From: Octopus vulgaris
Lineage: Eukaryota
Assembly (NCBI GenBank): GCA_951406725.2
Contig: OX597818.1
Span: forward strand, 92,938,001 to 93,002,000
Reading direction: 5' to 3'
Length of the DNA: 64,000 nucleotides
Below, one piece after another: positions 51,541 through 64,000 of this stretch; within the stretch, counting starts at the first letter, position 1; each line of letters begins with the position of its first letter. The position numbers and the translations under genes are program-made. Below the pieces are notes generated by a model that worked only from the letters and a program-made list of their open reading frames with translations, was not told where the DNA came from and did no database searches.

Positions 51541-52874
51541 CATTGTGATTTTTTTTTTAAAGGAAGGTCATGATTTGTTTGGAATGTGACTAGCAAAATA
51601 AAAAGATTTTTTTTAAAAAATGGAATGTCTAATCTACTATTCATGAACATGTACACCTAAGTGGTTACTTGACAAGAAACAACAGCTGAATGTCCTTCAA
51701 ATTAGATTGTTCTGTTTTTTAAAAATAATTAGAAAAAACATACAATAGCTCTGTTGGATCAGGTTATCCAGGGCTCATACAATAATGAACATAACACCCA
51801 AACAAATAGGCCATATGTCTTTATGACACCAACTATACTGATTGTACTTTTATAAGTTTGTTGAAGAAAGCTGGAGAATAGCATGGCACTTGCAGAGCAT
51901 CAAAGATGGGTGAAGAAGATGAAGTTGATACCAACTCTAGATAGAATGAGAACAAAGAAGTCCTGGTCCCTAAATATAATAATGACTTGACTAAAAGTAC
52001 CCAAGGAGCAAGTAGTGGTGTTAAACTAAGTGGAATATAAGAAGTTATGTTTACATAGTAAAACTTTCAACCAATCACAAACTTTCTAAACATTACATGG
52101 TTTAACTTTCAGCCAATCACAAGACATCTGAACAGTCCAGTCCATGTTATTACCTCAACTTTCCAGTTGTTATGGTCAATGGAAGAGCCTGCTCATGATA
52201 TTAACTGAGTGGGTGAGTTCTCCACAGATCTTTTAAACTAAGGTACAACTCATTTTTGCCAGCTGAATGGATTGGAGCAATGTGAAATAAAGTGTCTTGC
52301 TCAAGGACACAATACACTGCCAGGAATTGAACCCACAACCAATCGTGAGCCAAATACCCTAGCCACTAAGTCACGTGCCTTCACAAGCTATATAAACAGT
52401 ACATAGTGTTACTAATCTTCCCCTGCCAGAATATACATCACTAGTTCAATGCTTCTCTACTCCTTTTGTATTGACTAAAAAATAAGGACTTCCGACTACC
52501 TCTTTTCGTACATGGTGACTAACACTGTTAGTCACTGAAGTTTCCAGTGCTTAGAGATTGTCAAACAAACAAACAAAAAATTAAATAAAAGAATTTTAAA
52601 AAATGAAAATAAACAAAAATATTCAAATGTTGAACTGTTACCAATTTGAAAGTATGCCACTAATATTTTATATAATTCAGCTTAACAATGATAGCTTCAT
52701 GTAAAACCAGTTCAGCTAAATGAAGTTACAAATTAAATCAATATGAGACATTCACATTTTCATTTGCTTTAGGTTTTAGACACAATTTTATTATTGCTTT
52801 TTTTTTTTTACCATATTTTTTAAAAATTATTTTTAACTCATTTTTTAAATCATATTTTTATACCTGCAATCATA

Positions 52875-53075
52875 TACTGCACCCCACCACTACTACTGCC
52901 ATATTATACGGCTGCCTCCTGCTCTACAATCCTCCACCACCACAATATACAGCTGCCTCCTCTACAATAACCCTCATCACTGCCACCACATTATATGGTT
53001 GCCTCCTACTCTACAATAACTCCATCAACACCACCACCAGTACCACGATATATGGTTGCCTCTCGCCCTACACTG
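52875..53075 (+). repeat. Degenerate minisatellite of about 50 bp (CCAC..ATATGGTTGCCTCCT..CTACAAT)
   Basis: Four recognisable units. Confidence 0.6.
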
Positions 53076-53926
53076 CTCAACCACAAAACATTACATTTGT
53101 AGGAAATGATGGCTCCCATGGTAAAAACAGTACACATTATCTTGTCTCAGGGAGCGAACCACTATCGCTTCCTCTATCTTTTGTTGGAATCAGAGAATTG
53201 GTATGGAAACTCACTTTAATTCAACAATTTTTGCTGGTTCAGTTGAGGTACTATGCCAGATAGAGTATTCGCACTTTGGGAAAAAACAGTTCCATTCCTT
53301 GAGAATTAAAACACGAACACCTCAGAATTTGTGATCCCAAATGGTTTTCTAACCTGGTATTGTTAATAGTTTTAACATATTTAAACAACTTGAATTTCCA
53401 GCTTCAGGGGAGAAAAAAATTAGCTGATATACAGTGTGTAGAGGTACATATTCATCTTCAACTGTGAGAATGCCAGCTTGGAGAAATCAAACTATGCCCA
53501 TTTCTCTATACTCAGAGATCAAATCTACAGAAAGCAACATATTTAAGATTCTGATATGTGGTTTAACCCTTTAGAATTTCAACTGGCCATATCCAGCTCA
53601 AATATTCCACTGGTTTTATGTTAACACTGGCCAGATCTGGCCTCTCACACCTATACTACAATATCATTCTAAAAATAAAGGAAGCACATCATTGAAATCT
53701 CAATGCTACAACATACAGCAGGACTAATTCAAAGCAATATGAATAAAAAAGCATTATATTTAACAGAGTAATCTGAATGTTAAAAGGTTACAAGCTAACT
53801 CAATTTTGAACTATGGAGCATATTTCATGTGGGAATAGACACAGCACCAGGAAATTTTCAAATGAAACTTATGTATATGCAATGCTATGACAAATTAAAC
53901 TTCAAAATATATGTAGTGGATATATA

Positions 53927-54343
53927 GGTGCAGGAGTTGCTGTGAGGTAAGTAGCTTGCTTACCAGTCACATAGTTCCAGGTTCAGTCCCACTGTGTGGC
54001 ACCTTGGGCAAGTGTCTTCTATTATAGCTTTGGGCCAACCAAATCCTTGTGAGTGGATTTGGTAGACGGAAACTGAAAGAAGCTTGTCATATATATATGA
54101 ATGTATGTATATATATATATATATATTTATTAGTGTGTCTGTGCTTGTCTCCCCCACAACATCGCTTGACAACCAATGCTGGTGCCTTTACATCCCCATA
54201 ACTTAGTGGTTCAGCAAAAGAGACCAACAGAATAAGTACTAGGTTTACAAAGAATAAGTCCTGGGGTGGATTTGCTTGACTAAAAGACGGTGCTCCAGCA
54301 TGGCTGCAGTCAAATGACTGAAACAAGTAAAAGAATGAAAGAG
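53927..54343 (+). mobile_element. SINE family A, full length
   Basis: Head, core, microsatellite and AAAAGAAT tail. Confidence 0.9.
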
Positions 54344-54937
54344 TATCTAGCCCCAATATCTACTTCAGCAGGATGTCTATGATTGGATGCCCTTCCTAAT
54401 GCCAACCACTTTATATTGTACTGAGTGTTTTTTTGTTTTTTTTTGTGGCACCAGCACTAGTGAGGTCACCAAGTAACTTGCAAGAAAAGACACCCCACTC
54501 AACTGAGTGGGGCTGTAGTACTGAGAGAGATGGCTTTATGCTCCTCTCTCAGAGAAAGAAAGATGCATATATATACGTATATACACACACAATCAAAATA
54601 CAACCGTACGAAAAAGATGACAGATGACTGAGATATGTGGCACGTTGCTGTACTCAATAAAACTTGTCCACCACAACAGAATTGATACACTAAAACCAAG
54701 GTGCCACATAAAAAGCATTGATGTGGGCACTCGTGCCATGTAAAATGCACCCAGTACATTCTGTAGAGTGGTTAGCATTAGCAAGGGCATCGAGCTGTAG
54801 AAATTAAGCTCAAGCAGACTATGGAACCTGGTGTGAAATCTTGTCAGTTCTTGTCAAGCCATCCAACCCATGCCAGCATGGAAAACAGATATCAAACATT
54901 GATGACACACTACATATTAATACACATACAATATATA

Positions 54938-55325
54938 TCTCTCTTTTACTTGTTTCAGTCATTTGACTGCGGCCATGCTGGAGCACCGCCTTTAGTCGAG
55001 CAAATCGACCCCAGAACTTATTCTTTGTAAGCCTAGTACTTATTCTATCGGTCTCTTTTGCCAAACCGCTAAGTTATGGGGGACGTAAACACGCCAGCAT
55101 CAGCTGTCAAGCGATGTTGAGGGGACAAACACAGACACACAAACATATATATATATATATACGACGAGCTTCTTTCAGTTTCCATCTACCAAATACACTC
55201 ACAAGGCTTTGGTCAGCCCGAGGCTATAGTAGAAGACACTTGCCCAAGGTGCCACGCAGTGGGACTGAACCCGGAACCATGTGGTTGGTAAGCAAGCTAC
55301 TTACCACACAGCCACTCCTGCACCT
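54938..55325 (-). mobile_element. SINE family A, full length
   Basis: Reverse complement copy, inverted relative to 53927-54343. Confidence 0.9.
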
Positions 55326-55924
55326 ACACAACACACACAATACATGTACAAACACACCATCATAAACATCATCATTTACCTCTTTTTCATGCTAGTGTGA
55401 GTTGGATGAGTCATCACAATCCAAGTCAGTTTATATTTGGAGTAACTGATCTATCATATTTGGACAGGAAACCATGTTTTCTTCATACATTTTATTTTGG
55501 CATGGTTTCTATGATTGGATGTCTTTCCTAATACCAACCATTTTAGATATTTATACATAAAGTGTATGTATGTGTATGTCTGTCAGTGTGTGTGTGAGAG
55601 AGAGTACGCCCACATATGACTGACTGACTACTCAATGAATACCAACATCAGTAGCTATTTGTTGAACAAGTATCTCAGTGAAGTGTCCTTCAGATTTTAA
55701 GTACTTTGTTCACATACACAAATCCTAAAACATAGAGCCGATATGCAGTGACTCAGACCACTAGAAAGAACAGTCTAATCTACTTCCAATAACATCCTAT
55801 TCATCATCATCATTTTAATGTCTACTTTTTCATGCTTGTAAGGGTCCAGCAGAATTCATAGAAGCAGATTTTCTAAGACTAAATACCTTCCTTTCAACAC
55901 CCTAAGCTGTTTCCAAACAAGGTA

Positions 55925-57169
55925 TTAGAAAGTTCTTGCAGAATTTTTAATTAATTTTTGTTAAATTACTTTGACTTTATATATAATTTTAAAGCCTGTT
56001 TTTCACTCTATCTAATCATGTTGCTCTTTTTATGTTTTTAATAATTAGGCCATTTTTTTTCCGGAACGTTGAATACAACATGGACAAAAAGCAAATTTGC
56101 ACAATTTTCTTATTCCAGTTCAAGCTAGGCTGAAAAGCTGCTGAATCAGTTCATGATATCAACGATGCATTTGGCCCAGGAACCACTGATGAACGTACAG
56201 CACAATGGTGGTTCAAGAAATTTCGTAGTGGTGACGAGAGTCTTGAAGATAATAAGAGTAGTGGTCAGCCATCGGATGTTGACAACAATCACCTAAGAGC
56301 CTTAGTCGAAGCCAATCCATGCACAACTGTTCGAGAGCTTGCTTCTGAATTAGACATAACATATATGACAATTTCCAACCACCTGAAAGAGATTTGAAAA
56401 ACAAAAATACTTGAGAAATGGGTGCCGCACAAATTGAATGACAACCAAAAAAAACCGCCATTTTGAAGTGTCACCTTCCCTTCTTTTAAGCAACAAGAAC
56501 AACCCGTTTCTCAACCGGATTGTGACTTGCGATGAAAAGTGGATTCTGTACAACAACCGGCAATGCCTAGCTCAGTGGTTGGACGCTGATGAAGCTCCAC
56601 GGTACTTCCTGAAGCCAAAGTTGCACCAAAAGAAGGTCATGGTGACTGTTTGGTGATCTGCGGCTAGTCTCATCCATCACAGCTTTTTGGATCCAGGCGA
56701 AACCATTATGGCGGAGAAGTACTGTCAGCAAATGGATAAAATGCATAAGAAACTCCAACAGCTAGCATTGGTCAATAGAAAAGGACCAATTCTTCTCCAC
56801 AACAATGCTTGGCCGCACATCACACAACTGACCCTGGAGAAGTTGAACGAATTGAACTACAAAACTGCCTCATCCGCCATACTCACTAGACCTCTCACCC
56901 ACCGACTACCACCTTTTCAAACATCTCAACAACTTCCTGTATGAGAAATGCTTCAAAAACCAAGACGATACCAAATACACCTTCAACGACTTCATCACCA
57001 CCAGAACACAGGATTTTTGCGCTACTGGCATAAATAAACTTGTTTCGCGTTGGCAAAAGTGTGTTAATTCTGATGGTATTTATTACGATTAATAAAGTTT
57101 TGTTGGAGCTGAGATATGTGCATCTGAATTTAAAGGTTAAAAACCACAAGAACTTTCTTGACAACCTAA
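55925..57169 (+). mobile_element. Near full-length mariner (cecropia/Hsmar1-like) with disrupted transposase at 56080-57092
   Basis: [47 protein letters not shown]..; right TIR AAGAACTTTCTTGACAACCTAA, left TIR partly deleted; TA TSD; inserted in an older repeat (CAAGGTA|ATATTTC). Confidence 0.93.
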
Positions 57170-57807
57170 TAATATTTCACCATGACCAGACATATTACTC
57201 ACAGAAGACTGGAAATGAACGACATTACTTGTATGATGCTGTCATATGCCTACAGCTAACACACAATGTCAGGAGAAAGACACTGAAACAGCCACACACA
57301 CAGATCATAGAAATCAGCTAACTTTTCTCTGAAGATTTCCTGAAGAAAGCCTCAGCCTAAAATATTAAAATAGCAGCTAAAAACCATCAAGCTGTATTAT
57401 ACATTTTTATAACTTGCATTGTTTTGGTTTTAAAAAGATCAAATACACATCACACACAATGGGCTTCTTTCAGTTTCCATCTACCAAACCATTCCAAAGA
57501 CTGGTTGGACAGAGGCTATAATAGAAGACCAAGGTGCCACATAGAGAGATTATATCCAAAACTATGAGCCTAGGAAGAGAAACTTATGACCCTGCCTGAA
57601 ACTATTACAAAAAGGAAAGATAAATAATGAAAGAACAAAAGAAAGGAAAGAAGGAAGAAACATTGATTATAATGCATACAAAAAGACAATCTTAAGGCTG
57701 CTTAACCTGAGCTGACCTAAAGTTAAGTGACAATAAAAAAGAAACAACAACAACTCTGCACAGTGTTTTTCAAATAATTATTTCATCACAATTAATTATC
57801 TTAATAA

Positions 57808-58188
57808 ATGCAGGAGTGGCCATGTGGTAAGTAGCTTGCTTACCAACCACATGGTTCCAGGTTCAGTCCCACTGTGTGGCACCCTGAGCAAGTGTCTCCC
57901 ACTATAGCCTCAAACCAACCAAATTGAGTGGATTTGGCAGACAAAAACTGACAGAAGCCCATCATATATATGTATGTGTGTGTGTGTGTCTGTCTGTCTT
58001 CCTACTATTGCTTGACAACCAATTTTGGTGTGTTTATGTCCATGTAACTTAGCAGTTCGGCAAAAGAGGTCAATAGAATAAGCACTAGCTTTACAAAGAA
58101 TAGGCCCTGGGGTCGATTTGTTTGACTAAAGGCAGTGCTCCAGCATAGCTGCAGTCAAATTACTAAAACAAATAAAAGAATAAAAAAA
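57808..58188 (+). mobile_element. SINE family A
   Basis: Same head, core and tail. Confidence 0.85.
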
Positions 58189-59964
58189 ATACACAAAGAT
58201 GTTGCTAAGTTACCCAATACAATGTCTTACTGCAGTAAGTTGCCTTTTCTATTTTTTCCCAGTACCTTTAAATTATATTGAAGTCATTACTTTCTATTTT
58301 TTTTTCTGTCTTTTATCTTGTGTTTTGATCATTGGTCTGCAGCCATGCTAAATGCACTACTTTGCAGGAAGAGTTTTAGTCAAACAAACCTCTCAAGCCT
58401 CTTTTGCTGAACTTCTAAGTAACTGGGACATAAGCAAACCAGCACCCATCGTCAAGTGGTAGAGTGGAACAAACAGAAATACAGGCAGGCACACACACAC
58501 AGGGCTTCCACTCAGTTTCCATCTGCCAATTTCACTCACAAGGCAATGGCTGGCCCAGAACTATAGTATAAGATACCTGCCCAAGGTGCTACACAGTGGG
58601 ACTAAACCCCAAAGTAAATGGTAGCAAAGTGATTGCCTATTTGTATAAACTTAGAAGGAAAATATGGACAAGAAATTTTCATTCAAAGTCCATTAAACAT
58701 CAGAGTGCAATGTCCTTTTCTTGTCTCACTTGGAATTTTTGCTTTAGTTTCTATTACTTTCTGATATTTATTGCCAACTTACAAGAATTAGCTCTAACGT
58801 TAGAAAAATTGAGAAATGAAAGAAAACCTGAAAGGAATTTACAGACTGCACCAAATGAGGCATGAATGAATTCAAAGACAGTTTTCAGTAAAGCATCAGT
58901 GTTTATAATAATAATACAAATAAACGTGCATAATAATAAATTTCCGTGTAAAAAAGAAATGAACATTCTGTTCATGAAGGCATATATAGCATGGTAAGAT
59001 GAAAACAAAACCACAACCCAAGATGTATAGAAACCTGTTATACTTCCCATTTATGACACTCGAGATGCAACAAATAGCCTTAAAAAGCATATTTGATGCT
59101 GGCAGACACTCAATGAATATAGGAATGAATGAACGAGTGAATGAACTGTCAGTCTATTTTTACAGCTATACAGCTAATGAAGTATATAGCAATAACAAGG
59201 TGAAACTTTATACAAGATATGTGCTAAGATGCAGAAAGGACAAACAAATGAGAGAGAGAGAGAGAAAAAAAAAGAAAATTAAATGAAATTTAAATTGCTT
59301 GCTGATCGCTTTAAAAATAAGATGTGGTTTTTCACAGTTCAGTTCAAGTAATTTCTAGTCGGCTATTACGATTTCAGATGTGTACTTGTTTGGCGACTTG
59401 ATTATAATTTCCCTATTTACAAAATAAAAAACACAGAATCTACCATACAGAGAATTTCAAAGAGGGGAGTAAAAAACAAACAATAAAAAAGATACCATTT
59501 AATTTCACCATTACTGTAGACGTAATAGATGAATGATTGTTGAGTTAAAGAGACATTTTCAACAACTATTGGCTGACCATCAATTACAGCCATTACATCA
59601 CTTTTTAACTCACTTTCATAATTACTGGCAAAGTTCAACCAACAAATTTCTTGTTTATTTGTAATCTTCTCTTCATACATACATACACGCATGTGTATGT
59701 GTGTGTTTACACAAGCATATGTGCATATTTATACAGACATGGGAGTATGTATATGTGTAGGTGCAGGCATGGCTATGTGGTTAAGAAGTTTGCTTCCCAA
59801 GCACAGTTTCAGGTTTAGTCTTACTACATGGTACTTTGGGCAAGTGTCTTTTACTATAGTCCTAGGCCAATGAAAGCCTTGTAAGTGGATTTGGTCAAAA
59901 GAAACAAAGAAGCTAATCATGTATATACGTGTGTGTGTGTGTGTGTTAGCACCTCCACTACACA

Positions 59965-60120
59965 CATTTTTTTCTCTCCTTGTTTTTTCTGTGTCCCTTT
60001 CTGTAGAAGAGCACAGGCTCGAAATGTAAAAGACTTTTTTCTATTCCTGAGCATTATACTAATACATCTGTTTGTCTTGTAAACCACCTGTCTTCGTCTT
60101 TTTCGTAAACTCTCCCTATG
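59965..60120 (+). mobile_element. Probable Penelope-like pLTR end with an atypical hammerhead motif
   Basis: CUUU-CUGUAGA-A-GAGC-ACAG-GCUC-GAAA-UG-UA-AAAG at 59997-60032. Confidence 0.5.
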
Positions 60121-63100
60121 TTTATAAATGCCTTTGACTGCTACAAACATCCCCCAAAAGCATTCTGTATAGACAATAGATACTAAAAAGCATCAAAATT
60201 CTATTATCAGTTGATGGAATTCTATTAGTACATCAGCAGATGGTGCTACCCGATCATGTGATATCACCTGTATCACACACCATCACAGCTAACCAAGCTA
60301 AATGTCAGAACAGAAAATCAGGCAAACTGATATGGAATAATACTGACCAAACAGCCATTGGTGTTGCAAAAAGCAGACGGGCTGTGCATAAATTAGCTAT
60401 TAGCAACAGAAGCAATTTTTGCAATGAAGATTAATTAGTGCATCCAACTTAATTTGGATATGTTGTTTATAATGCCTAAGACTGCTAACGTGTATGTGAG
60501 TTTGTGTCTCTTCGTTTTGACATTGCAATAGTTGTAAATGCATGTCACTATCATATATGCAGTAGTGTTTCAATATGAAAAATAGATGTTAAACAGATGG
60601 GTCGGAAGGAATTCACCAAAGCAGATTTTCTACAGCTGGATACTCTTCCTGTCACCAACACCCACCTGTTTGCAAGCAAATTAATATTTCCCCAACACCA
60701 GATATGTTTTTGTAGAATATTTGAAATGAATGACATTCATTTAGAACAATCAGGCAATGTGTTAGCAAGGACACACACACACACAAAATCATCAAGTAAT
60801 CATCATGATGTGATGATTACTTCACCTCTGTAACCAATACCACTAACATGATACCATTGCAGTCCTAAGTTCAATCTAAGTACATGTCACTGAGAAAGGA
60901 GTGGCCTTGACTAAATTGGTGTACTCTACATTATCTATGCAAAGATGAATTCCAATGAAATGCTATCTTTACATCCCATTGGCTTTTGGCACTCAGCACT
61001 AGCTAATCCAATAGTTAATACGATCATGATAAACTTACAGATCGCAATGGTTAACCAAGACTGTTGTGTCATCTTGGCAATATTGTGTAGGGTGGTGGTT
61101 AAAGTGATGGCTGGTGTTATATTTCTTTAATGTATATAAACTTTACATTGAATATCTTGGCTCCTCTCCAACTCTATGTATGTATGCTATGAGAATAAGA
61201 CTGGGTGAAGATATTCCCCAGTTTCAGATATCAAAGATTGTAAAAAGAAATTGCCAAAATGAAATATTTTTCTCAGGTAAATTTTTAGAATGTTGTTAAT
61301 ATTATAGCAAAGGCAGAGGGCAGTGGAATGGCAAAATAGCTAGAACATCCATGGTAAAATGTATTGCAGTATTTAAGGCTGTTTCATTTTGACATCAAAC
61401 CCCACAGAAGTCAACTTTACTTTTCATCTTTATTGTACTATAATATACACCAGTTGAAGACTGGCGGAGTCAATTTATAGACCATACTCTGCAACTCGAA
61501 ATTTGTGGCTCCCTTATGACAAATTTACAAATCAGTAATAGAGTGAAAGGACTAAATAAGAGTAAATACTTTACTGTACTTAGTGATTTCAAATCCTACA
61601 AGTGTTTCATGTGCCAGAAAGAAATGGGCTTAGCTAAGTCGATTTGTTCTACAGAGACTACATGAAGCTGAGTTGATGTCTTCACAATCCCATTGCTTTT
61701 AGCAATCAGTTGACTTACACTTATTGTGCAGATGTAAGGAGTCAGTCATGAAATGTAACTTAGGCAATGGTCAGATCTGATGGAGCAGACTACCTTATCA
61801 CTGTTATGTTATTTCTGGTTGTAGGTGCTGGCATGGTTAAGTGGTTAAAAAAGATTTTTCTTCAACCACATGTTCACTCCTACTGAGTGGCACCATGGGC
61901 AAGTGTCTTCCACAATAGCCCCTAGCTAACAAAGTCCTTAAGAAGCCTGTCCTCCCTCATGTATTTACCTACATACCAACACACAATGTGTTCCTGTTAA
62001 ATCCTTTTGTCACAATATATCTTTCAAATTACCCCTTCCTTCTATCAGTGCCCACTCCTTACACACTTCCCAACTTCAGCTACTACTTCTTTTGAAATTT
62101 TGTGAACTCACCTACCCACCCTCCCAAATCCCAAGTCCACTTTGCTATATACACCACTCTGTAACTTGAGTGTATGACCCCTGCCCCCACCCTGTCACAT
62201 CTTCACCCTCTTTCTCTCCTCTCTCTCCCCATCTGGGGTAGCCATGTTTCTCTTCTTATGCAAAACACCTTTTTTGTATCTTCAATACTACTCCCCACTA
62301 GGTAAGGGGCCTTGTCCAGTGCTGCATAGTACTTGGTGACCTCATTGTTGCTGGTGTTACATAAAAAGCACTCAGCACTCTTTGTAAAATGGTTAGCATC
62401 AGGAAGGGCATTCAGCATCAGAAACCATGCCAAAACAGACAGTGGTACATAAAGCAGTCCACTGCTTTGCCAGCTCCTGTTGAACTGTCAAATCCATACC
62501 AGCATGGAAAACAAAGATTAAATGATGATGGAGTCAATAAGTTATTAATGATTCCATGAGAATGGGTCAACGATATCAGAAGGCTCCTGACTCCTGCATT
62601 AAACTGAGAGGAGAAAAGTGGGGCATAAAGTATTTCCACTGAGATGGGGATGGATGAAAAAGTCAACCTCACTGCAACTTGAACTAATATGTACTAACCT
62701 CAGTACTTATTTCAATCTGGCATGTATTTTACAGATTTCTGCTTGATGCACTGCTAACTGAGACATTGTGGGACACAATACTCGATTCAACAACAAATGA
62801 AAACACACACATTAGGTGCAAGAATGAATGTGTGGTTGAAACATTTGCTTCCCAACCACATGGTTCCACGTTCAGTCCCTCTGCATGGTACCTTGAGTAA
62901 ATGTTTTCTACTATAGCTCTAGGCCAACCAGAGACTTGTGACTGAGTTTGGTAGACAGAAACTGCATCGTTGTTCATCAGAAAATGATCATAAAATTTTT
63001 ATAAAGGAGAGTAGCTTGCTTCATACTCCTCATATGCTGATTCCTAAGAAAGGAAAAAAAAATACAATGTAGCTCATAACACCTGGGCAACACCTGGGTG

Positions 63101-63563
63101 CATTTTCTAGAGTGTGTGTGTGTGCATATCTTTGTGTTTGTCTTGGTATGTTTACATACCTAAAACTTACCGGTTCAGCAAAAAAGACCAATAGAATATG
63201 TAGTAAAGCTTAAAAAATGAGGCCTGAGGTCAATTTGTTTGACTTAAAAAAAAAACCTTCAAGATGGTGTTCCAGCATGGCTGCAGTCAAATGACTGAAA
63301 CAAGTAAAAGAATAAAAGAAAGAATAAGAACATAAAAGCATGGTTGTGTGGTTAGGAAGCTTGCTTGTCAAACACATGGTTTCAGGTTCAGTACCACTGA
63401 ATGGCACCTTGTGCAAGTGTTTTCTGCTATGGCCTCAGACCAACTGAAGCCTTGTGATTGAATCTGATATGCAGAAGTTCCCATCATGTGTATACATGTA
63501 TGTGAAAGTGCTTATGCCTTCTATAACAGACAGGAGGGAAATACACACACACATATATCATCA

Positions 63564-63757
63564 TCATCGTTTAACGTCCGCTTTAAATGCTAGCATGGGT
63601 TGGACGATTTGACTGAGGTCTGGCAAACCAGACGGCTGCACCAGACTCCAATCTGATCTAGCAGAGTTTCTACAGCTGGATGCCCTTCCTAATGCCAACC
63701 ACTCCGAGAGTGTAGTGGGTGCTTTTACGTGCCACTGGCACGAGAGCCAGTCAGGCG
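63564..63757 (-). mobile_element. RTE LINE 3' end with 11-bp TSD and one array core
   Basis: ATATATCATCA at 63553-63563 and 63758-63768; matches 5434-5640. Confidence 0.88.
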
Positions 63758-64000
63758 ATATATCATCACACTACAAAAACACTAGCAGTAGCTTCTAATA
63801 TGATTGTCTATCCCGCTAGAAGTAACAGTCTAATCTCCCTCAAATCACACTCCATCTAAAATTGGATGATATGGTCCCGATTCTCAGCATATAAATGAGA
63901 AAAAAAACAAGGTGGTCATGGTTGGAGTACCTTTCATCATAAGTCTGCCCAATCAGGATTAATCTGGAGCTAAACAACAACCCTACTACAACCACCACCA

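Noticed and set aside
53215-53353. Possible upstream pleckstrin exon (minus-strand donor gtgagt at 53214)
   Set aside because: Poor acceptor and no PH-like translation; the missing N-terminal PH exons were not found in 41468-64000.
59417-59692. 91-aa minus-strand ORF
   Set aside because: No recognisable domain or convincing splice sites; it starts in a microsatellite.

Overview
AT-rich, microsatellite-dense eukaryotic DNA. The tRNA-derived SINEs, RTE LINEs with (ATG)n tails, mariners and Helitrons resemble those of an octopus or other coleoid cephalopod (inferred from repeat sequences, not verified). Two host genes converge tail-to-tail. On +, a carbohydrate sulfotransferase (CHST11/HNK-1ST family) has its catalytic last exon at 10286-11230 and a probable 63-nt upstream exon. 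On -, a pleckstrin-like PH-DEP-PH gene has eight phase-consistent GT-AG coding exons that I assembled by hand from 41467 to 23236; its 5' exons were not found and probably lie beyond the window. Nearly all the rest is nested mobile DNA: a head-to-tail Helitron composite with a Pif1 helicase fragment and a 160-bp satellite, an RTE LINE inside a SINE, an R4/Dong-like REL LINE with a candidate 15-bp TSD in a TACA repeat, mariners, TTAA and hAT MITEs, and a Helentron-type element. The most notable signal is a set of minimal type-I hammerhead-ribozyme-like motifs (49114-49156, 17430-17475, 59997-60032); the best lies in a 358-bp-period partial tandem unit resembling a Penelope pseudo-LTR or retrozyme. 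Also notable are a 62/67-bp repeat array in the RTE 3' UTR, a perfect 24-bp LINE-derived hairpin just after the CHST stop, and inverted SINE clusters around the last pleckstrin exon. Most ORFs in the supplied track are microsatellite or SINE artefacts.
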